Assembly (NCBI GenBank): GCA_001662655.1
Contig: KV460282.1
DNA: 59,036 nt
Reading direction: 5' to 3' (one strand)
Source: Pseudogymnoascus verrucosus
Taxonomy: Eukaryota
In this document: positions 51,008 to 59,036 of the stretch, one piece after another
How positions within the stretch are numbered: the first letter of the stretch is position 1
Layout of the letters: each line of letters begins with the position of its first letter
The notes under the pieces: model-generated
What the model was told of the DNA's origin: nothing
Seen by the model: the letters and a program-made list of their open reading frames with translations, nothing else
Databases searched by the model: none
Made by a program: the position numbers and the translations under genes

Positions 51008-51144
51008 GACTCATCGGAGATTGTGAGCGCCATTTCTGGTTGCGACAGCCTTTTTTAACGTATTAACCGCATTGATGCCAGTTGAAGTTTCTTCACCAGC
51101 AGAGAATTCAGTGTCTAAAATCTGGGAATAAAAGGCCCAGAGGA

Positions 51145-53421
51145 TCACCTGAACCCAGTCATATCCCAGTCATTCATGAACCACTCGCCTATACCTCCAA
51201 AATCTAGATTCATAAGGTCCTGCTCTGCTTCAGTTGCGAAACCAACGTCGGCCATCGCTGCCGTGGTCTGGTCCGAAATAGATGTAAATTCTTCTCCTGG
51301 ATTGCCTTGAATGTCGATATTTCTCTGAGCTGCATTGTCGCTACGTTGTAGTGCAATCTGGGGTTCATAAATAGGCCATATTCTGCAGAGATCAACCGAA
51401 AATCCCTCAAGTAAAGCCAGTTGGGCGCTCGTAGGCTTTGTTAGAGACGACCCTTCACCCGGTAAGTGGGATTTCCGTATATCGATGGCTTTTTGTAGCG
51501 CTTTAGATGCTCCAATGGCAGACCGCCATCGTTTCGAAAGCTCATTCAGGCATTTCTGCATGACCTCAAGATCTGGCTGAATGGCTTCCCATAAATCAGG
51601 AAACGGCCTGACTGATAGCAACACGATACTAGCGACAAGGCAAAAATTTGTAAACACTGGCGACAAGAACTTAACTTGATCGCGTGCTAGAAAATATTCG
51701 TAGATTCCAGCGACAAACGAAGCCGCCAAAACAGGGACTGGTGATACTTCTCCTGACGCTGCAGTAGGGCGAGCCAGAATAATTAGACAGATCAAGTATG
51801 GGACATGCAATTGTCGGGCATTGAAATTGTGTGCGAGGAGATCATACGTCTGAGTATGGGGTTGCTTTGGGGACAATCTTAAATTTGAAGGAAGTGTCCT
51901 TGTCCAGCGAAATAGGACAGTTTCCACGTGCAGGCGTTGTGTACTACACATGCGTCTTCTAGAGCAGCACTCAACGAGGTTGCCAAGGAGACAGCATATC
52001 TCAACGTATGGAATAAACAGCTCTCCTTGCGCACGAGATTCCGGAAAGTCGTCCAAACATGGGGGGCTAGTTTCGCAGTCGTCCATATTGATTGCTCGCG
52101 GTCGCCCATGTGAAACAGAGATGAGGGAATCACGGACCTAAGATTACTTTAATATCGTGAATCTAATCATTTGAGAAGAACCAAACTTACTGCCAAACTC
52201 CACCATATACGCCGGCGAATGGCTCTGTGTGGTCCCTGAGGTGGCTCTTTATGGAGGCCAATCTGGTAGGCAAGGCCGACTCCCGTCTTAAGCCAAAATT
52301 CGCTAGCATCGTATGAGACATACGCGGGTCCATCAGGATTATACCAATGTAGCATTGTAATCGCCTTGATAACTGTAAGGGGGTTGTTTTCGTGGCCTGC
52401 CCAAAATAGAGCCTTTGCACGCTGGTAGAACTGTTCCGAGGATCCATAAGATTCCACACCTGGGCCTGGCGAGATTCGACTAGCTGCTACAAACATTGAC
52501 TGCATCAGCAACAACGACTGAAACTTATCGCTGCCTTGATGTAGCTCCGACTGACTGAGGGTCGGCATCCACGGGTAGCAATACTGCATAAAGGTTTCCA
52601 TGAGTATTTGACGGGTAGACTTCGGTGGGAGTTTGAAAGATCCGCAGAGCTCTAATATTTTCTCTTCCATATCAGAGAGTCCACCGGTTCTCGATGGGGT
52701 ATATGACCGAGCCGACCTCTCGTCAATGGTTGTGTCGCCGCCAATATAATACGTCCTCCCAATATATGTTGGAGACTCAGTCCTTTGACGGTTCACTGTA
52801 ATAATTTCACGGGGCGAATCCGTGGTAATATCGCTGCCTCCAGGCGGTTGAGATTGTAATGGTAATGAATGGCTTCTCTCATCAGGAATGTGATGAACAG
52901 CATGATCTGCGTCTTGCAAACCGTCTACCTGCCCACGGCCAGGAAGGACCTCTGGTACTACTATGTCAGGTATAACCAGAGAATGCGGGCGTGGCCAAAA
53001 TGGAAGTGGCATTTGCGCACTTGTGGGATCACCATAGCCATGGTTACTTAGGGTGTTCTGGATACCGCTAGGCGGCCTCTCAACATGATGCAAAGTTGCA
53101 CTTGAAGTCCTCGCTGGAGCAGCTCGGCGTCTCTTGCGGGTTCGAGGGCTATTTGATTCTCATCAGCATGGTTGAAATAAGGGAGTTGCAAGGGATGCTT
53201 ACATGCACTCAATGCGTAAGGAGGAGCACGATTGGCAGGGCCCCTGTTCCGTCAATAATCTGCATTTAATCTTCCCTAATTAGTACATAGCCATAAGGCT
53301 GGGCTTCTAGAACAGTAGCGAATACCTTTTTTAGGTTGCAGTGGATGCATGCTTGACCGAATATGTGATTGGAGGTTTCAACCTGCATAGTACCGGCGTG
53401 CCGATTGTGTGTGGAGGCCAT
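51145..53421 (-). CDS. Zn(II)2Cys6 transcription factor with fungal TF middle-homology region
   Basis: Spliced cluster ACIHCNLKK|IKCRLLTEQGPCQSCSSLRIECI|PRTRKRR; MHR motifs FMQYCYPWMP, GLAYQIGLHKEP, RRRIWWSLA|VRD...GRP. Confidence 0.92.
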
Positions 53422-53916
53422 GTGAGCGTGGCCGGAACCCCGGCGAACATCACAGCTCTCAAGAACCCACGACTGTCTCGCGCAATGGAACCGGATTGGA
53501 GGAGCAGATTTATGACAATGTGTAGGACATAGGTGTAGAATATGCTATCGTAATGCCTGTTTTCTGGGTCAATTGCAGGAGGTATTCAGGTTTGTGTTAA
53601 CTTCCCCGCACGGATCTGGAGTGGAGAAGGCGAATAATTACCGACCAAAGCTACCCGCGACACAAGAAAATACGGCCCGATTTGTGAGGCTACTACTTCG
53701 AGCAATGCATTTTATATTTTCTATTTGTTTATAATAGTACGTATCGCTACTCTATACTATATGATTTAATTACGAGGTAGTTAGGGTTAGATAATGTTGG
53801 TCGTCACGCTGGTTTGTAAATGGGCTTGTTTAATTTATTTCGTGACTCCATGCTTGGTATCAATAATATTTTTACCCCTTTCCATCCATCGCCTGTACTG
53901 CAAATCAACAGAACAT

Positions 53917-55003
53917 CTAGTTTATGCCGTTGGGTATCTGTGTATTAATCTCTGCTAGCACATCGGCCTTCAGCGCTGGCCTGTCTGCCTTTCCCGCCGT
54001 TGTCTATCGTCCCAAATAGTCAGTATCGTACAACTTGAGAAGAACTCACAGCCCAGGAAAACTTACCCCTCCATCGATTGGCATTATCAGTCCTGTAATC
54101 CATTTTGCCTCCTTACTACACAAGAACAGGATTCCGTAGCCCACATCCCAACCTGTGCCCTCTTGCTTCATTAGGTTTTGGTTAATCCGCGCCTGGCGCA
54201 TATCATCAGTCATGCCTCTTCCCCGCACCATTGGCGTAAACACCATCCCTGGACACACGCAGTTCACACGAATGTTTTCAGACCCATGTTGTGCGGCCAT
54301 TGCGCGTGTCATTTGGATGATTGCACCTTTGGTGGTAGGATATAATAGGCTCGGATTGCCGCCAAGGACTAAAATAATGTAAGCTGGGGTAAGGAAGGCG
54401 ATGAAAAGGGGGACATACGGCCGCTGACAGAAGACATATTGACGATCGAACCTCTTCCCTTCTTGCGCATCTCAGGAACAACGTGTCGACTCATAAGTAC
54501 CATGCTCGTTACATTAATGCGGAAATCGCGGTCCCAAGCAGCCATGTCGATTTTAGTGCAATCGCCCATGGCTCCTCCAACCCCAACTATAGAAACATTT
54601 GCATCAGTCCGAGAATTCAATAACTGTAATAAAGTGACGGGGCCGTCCATACCAATGTTAACGAGAATATCCACAGAGCCGAATACTGCTACAGTCTTCT
54701 CCACGGCACTCTTGCATGACTCTTCGTCGGTGACATCTGCCTGGATAACCTCAGAGATGCCACCCTCTTCGTCGATCATGCGCTTCGTCTCTTGCGCCCA
54801 CTCAACGTTGAAGTCAACCAGAGCAACTTTGCAACCCTGGCGGGCGAGAAGAATTGCAGTCGCTCTCCCATTGCCAATTTCACCTGCATCAAGGTTAGAT
54901 GAATATGAATTCATAATTGGAGGAACATACCTGGCATGCGGGAGCCAGCGCCGGTAACGATCGCTACCTCTCCCTCAAAATTGAAAGCTACAGGAGGCGC
55001 CAT
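53917..55003 (-). CDS. Classical short-chain dehydrogenase/reductase
   Basis: ATG 55003; VAIVTGAGSRMP|GEIGNGRATA, VDILVNI|VG, GSIVNMSSVSG, YPTTKG (YxxxK), IRVNCVCPG, ITGLIMPIDGG; stop TAG at 53919-53917. Confidence 0.92.
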
Positions 55004-55004
55004 T

Positions 55005-55370
55005 GATCCGAGTGAGACTTAGGAGACAACAGGCGGGTGGTTAATTAGGTGAAGGTAGTGTTGTAATGATACATGGAGAAATATATTCAGTGTTGAAGGG
55101 TATATATATTCATGGCATCGAGTTTCTCATAGGTCCATAAGTCAGGTTAAAGCGCCGGGCTGATCGCCATCGTGATATTCTGCCGAGAATGGACACACAC
55201 AGGCTACCCACTTCCTCCGAGTGAGTCGTCCGAGTGAGTCGCTCGGTCATACTCAGAAGATGCACCAATTCCAAGATACTCGGCGTGTGTTAATCCCGAG
55301 ATCTCGGTATTAGGCCAAGATCATCCGGAGAGCCGGGGAAATGTGGAGAACCGGGGGAATGTGGGGTCAA
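55005..55370. promoter_or_regulatory. SDR promoter with clustered CCGAG/CTCGG half-sites and CreA-like SYGGRG sites
   Basis: CCGAG/CTCGG at 55008, 55183, 55217, 55230, 55242, 55279, 55296, 55303; tandem TCCGAGTGAGTCG x2; palindrome CCGAGATCTCGG; GTGGAG at 55343 and GTGGGG at 55361. Confidence 0.5.
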
Positions 55371-55560
55371 ATAGCTTGCTTCCCACGTTTTCAATAGAGG
55401 GTCCACTTCTGGATGAGGTACTCGAGAAGGTGCCTGATCCGTTCATTCATCCATTGATCCAATATTACAGTGAGGTAAAAGTATTCATATTTATTCAAGC
55501 CTGTGCACGAATTGTGATTCAGCTCATTGGTAATAGTTCCAAGATCTATGTAGATATTAT

Positions 55561-56558
55561 TTATTGCGATAACCAGAAATCAAACCATTCGACGATACCC
55601 TTTAAACTCTGCTCTTTGACATATCCTACGAACAAGTTAGTATGTGTATTACATGATGAGATGGATATTTCTTAGGAGAGGCAACTGACGTTCATAAGGA
55701 TTCTCCAGATCACCTCGCAACGCAAATCCATGCTGAACACCGCTAAAGAGCTGTAGTTGGTAGGGTTTCTTTTCCGTCTGAAGGATTTCAAGCGCTCGTC
55801 GTCGCGAAGGAGTGTCAAACGTATGGTCGACTTCAGCACAAGATAGGAATAATGGTTCTTCGTGCAAATTCATTAGTTTAAAGCTACAATTTCGCTACTG
55901 GGAGTTAACTCACTCTTTAGGTTGAAAAAATGGTGCACCTTGAGGAACGCTGGATGGGCGAATGCACCAGCCGTGACAGTGTTGCCAGCTAATTCATTAC
56001 AAACGTACGGGGCACCAAAGCAGTATCTAAAACGATAAGTATGAGAATCACAGTGATTATCGAGCAGACTTACCCTACACAAGCATATTTCGTTTGCTCC
56101 TCGCCATATTCCTCTTTCACCGCGCTGACCCATTTGGGAACATTTTCATCGGCAAACGCTGTGTGCTTCTTCTTCCAAGCCTCATAGTCAAAATTGGGAT
56201 CAGAGTTGTCGTGTCTGTCCTTTCTGTGCTTCCACACTGGGTCCTATAAAATCAAATGAGTTCCATTTTGCTCTGTGATAAGAGTCCTAGAATGAGAATT
56301 TACCCCGCGAAAATAGTCCATGCCCAGCACAAGATATCCAGCATCAGCAAAGCCATCCATTATAAGAAGCCCGTTGGGAAACATTCCCCAGACATCAGGA
56401 AAGTAGAGCAAAATATGACCATTTGGCTTTGTGGGCGTTCCAACGTACGTCTCTACACCTGCAAGTGTGACGAACTTGCCTTTCGACTCTCCTTGGTGAA
56501 TTGTGCCATTTAGACAGCAGGGTCCTGATGGCTTCGCAAGAACTGGATCTGCCATCAT
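55561..56558 (-). CDS. Dienelactone hydrolase family protein (AIM2-like alpha/beta hydrolase)
   Basis: PSGPCCLNG..GVETYV..LLYFPDVWG, DYFRG|DP, nucleophile elbow VG|YCFGA, AHP, AEVDHTF, SGVQHGFALRGD; stop TAA at 55563-55561. Confidence 0.92.
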
Positions 56559-56559
56559 T

Positions 56560-57143
56560 AAGATGAATGCGTCGTTTGGTTAAAATTTATAAGGGTGTGA
56601 GAGTTTTAGGAAGTTGTAGTAAAATATGGACATCAACAAGCATCATCCATTCATGATATGTTTCGTCTTCGTTCGATTGCAACATACCACAACGAAGTCA
56701 CGTTTGTAGGTCATCTTCGTCGCCGAGTTCCCGCAGCATTCGGCGAAACTCCGAGCCTGGGTGATCATCGGCCATATTGCGGGGTTCCCCACAGTTGGGC
56801 TAGTGAGTCCGGTATGCCGACCGCCGGACGCCTAACGCCGAATCCCAATTGCAGAAATACCAACGAGCTTCGTCTCTGCCATATTAGTTCGGATATATCT
56901 TTAAGCCCAGCAAATGGGCAGCCGAATTGATACCCGGCGCCCCAGTTTATGGGAATAATGGAGCGAATATATGCGGGGTGCATGCGGGGTATCCCCAGCA
57001 TTTCCCCAACTTGTTTTAGATTTAAGATCCTCCTTCCTTCCCTGGAAGCACATGGCTAATCGGATTTCCATGCCTCTGTGTTTCTGTTCTCCTGAGTTTT
57101 TATAACCACGACTATTTCTTCTGCGGCTCTCAAGTTTTTCGAG
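56560..57143. promoter_or_regulatory. Divergent DLH/permease promoter with CreA-like sites
   Basis: GCGGGG at 56779, 56973 and 56984; CCCCAC at ~56787; CCCCAG at ~56993; CCGAG at ~56723 and ~56751. Confidence 0.45.
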
Positions 57144-59009
57144 ATGACCACCGTGAAGGTTGACGAAGTCGCACACGTGGAGCGCGATGGTGGCATCGAT
57201 CACGATGCAGATTTAAAGCAACCGCTGGACAATTTCAACGAGGTAACCACCGCCGTTACAAGTTCAAATTATGCATTGGCTCACAATATTTAGAGTGATG
57301 CAGTTGGATACTCGGAGTATAGAGAGGGTCTTAACATAGAAATTTCACAACAAGAAGTAAGCAATGCCCACTCGTCTACATTTTACGCGATGTCTAACAA
57401 ATTATTCAGAATCGCCGTGTCCGTTGGAAGATTGATCTAATCATTCTACCAATCTTCTTGGTCACACAGACCTTGCAATTTCTTGACAAGACGGCACTGA
57501 ACTATGCCAATCTGTTCGGATATCAGAAAGCCCTTGGGCTACATGGCCAACAGTTCAATTACCTGTCTGCGAGTGAGTCTTGCTGGGAGATTTTGTTTGA
57601 ATGGTTATCTAACCCTGCATTTTAGTGGTATATGCAGGATACTTCTTTGGACAGTACCCCTGCGGCTGGCTCATCGGCCGATTCCCTGCACAGAAAGTTC
57701 TCGGCATAAGCTGCTTGCTCTGGGGAGCAACAGTTCTTATCCTGACACAATGCCGAACATTCAGCAGCGCCCTCGCCGTCCGCTTCATAATGGGCGTCTT
57801 TGAGGCCGCCGTAACTCCCGGTCTTACATTGATGACTGGATTCTGGTACACCAGACAAGAGATTCCGCTTCGCCAATGCATTTGGTACTCTGCCCTTGGA
57901 TGGGGCGGTATTATCGGCTCCTATATCTCGATGGGCATTTCCAAACTTCCCGAGGATTTGACCCCGGAGCGCTGGGAGCTTATTTTCTTCATTCTCGGTG
58001 GTGCTACGTGTCTATGGGCATTTGTCATCTACTTTCTGCTCCCCGACACTCCGTCAAATGCGCGGTTCTTCAACGAGCGCGAACGCCTCGTTGCCGTCAA
58101 AAGAGTAGCTGGCAACGAGACGGGTATCAAGAACAAGGCATTCAACACCAAGCAAGCCATTCAAGCCTTCGCTGATCCCAAGGCTTTGCTCCTCTTTGCG
58201 TCTGTCTTCGCCGCTGCCATCCCGAATGGAGTTGTTAACTCCTTCTCTACCATCATTATTAAAGATTTGGTACAACGCCATCATCTGCTATGTTTCTATT
58301 TTCTCCTACTAACTATACGTATAGGGATTTAGCACTACCAAAACGACCCAGCTCAAGTCCGTCGGCGATGCGATCCAAATCATTGCTCTCATTATCGGAG
58401 GAGCAATTACCCTTAATGTGCCGAACTCTCGCCTGCTAACAGCTACCGCCGCAAATATCATATGCACAGTTGCTGCCGCATGTACAGCATATCTTCCACG
58501 TTCTAATACCTGGGGACGACTCGTTTCGTTCTGGCTGGTTAACACGCAGTCCGTTGGATTTACTATCTCACTTGTGACCGTCTCATCGAACATGGCGGGG
58601 TTCACTCATCGATCGATGGCTAGCGCTATGATTTTGTAAGAATTGCCTTTGCTTCTTTAAATGAAACCAGACTTACATTTATATAGCACTGCATACTGCT
58701 GGGGTAACTTTACAGGACCATTTGTTGTTAAAGCTAGCGAGGCTCCGACCTATCCCACTGCAACGGCAGGTCTACTCGCCGGCTACTCTGTCAAACTTGG
58801 ATGCCATCTCTTACTTCTTGGTAAGCCTTCATATTACTTCCCTGGATTTTCTATATACTAAAGCTAATGATTTATTTCCAGCATACATGTTTTTCACCAA
58901 CAGATACAGAGAGCGTACTTATGGCCCTGCAAATAAGGAGATGAGTAACGAGGCTGGGATGCAGGACAAGACGGAGTTCGAGAACAAGGATTTCCGCTAT
59001 GTGCTGTAA
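57144..59009 (+). CDS. MFS anion:cation symporter (allantoate permease/DAL5-like)
   Basis: ATG 57144; RVRWKIDLIILP..LQFLDKTALNYANLFG, RFIMGVFEAAVTPG..FWYTRQEIPLR, LPDTPSNARFFNERER, SNMAGFTHRS, DKTEFENKDFRYVL*. Confidence 0.92.
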
Positions 59010-59036
59010 ATGCCATTTCGTAGAATAAGAACATAA

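Overview
Intron-rich DNA from a filamentous ascomycete; composition suggests a Leotiomycete such as Pseudogymnoascus, which is inference only. The six-frame ORF track fragments most genes, so gene models were rebuilt by hand from GT..AG sites and branch motifs. (1) 1-7.1 kb holds conserved housekeeping genes: La protein (partial), mitochondrial ribosomal protein S4 and INCENP. (2) 7.9-16.3 kb holds accessory genes: a GRE2-like reductase, a GPI protein with two tandem 10-Cys CFEM-like repeats, a secreted phosphoesterase and a small membrane protein. (3) About 18-42 kb is a gene-poor, low-complexity island carrying a minimal three-gene polyketide system: a DHA2-type MFS exporter, an FSH1/LovG-like serine hydrolase and a highly reducing PKS (KS-AT-DH-inactive-looking cMT-ER-KR-ACP) with an unusual ~120-aa N-terminal extension, upstream ORFs and 4-5 kb intergenic regions. 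(4) 42.5-46.6 kb holds degraded genes (a membrane protein and a protein kinase). (5) 46.7-50.1 kb is a divergent LaeA-like methyltransferase / O-methyltransferase pair. (6) 51-59 kb is a compact, probably catabolic cluster: Zn2Cys6 TF, SDR, dienelactone hydrolase and allantoate-permease-type MFS, with CCGAG-rich and CreA-like promoter motifs. No rRNA, tRNA, CRISPR or intact transposon was recognised.
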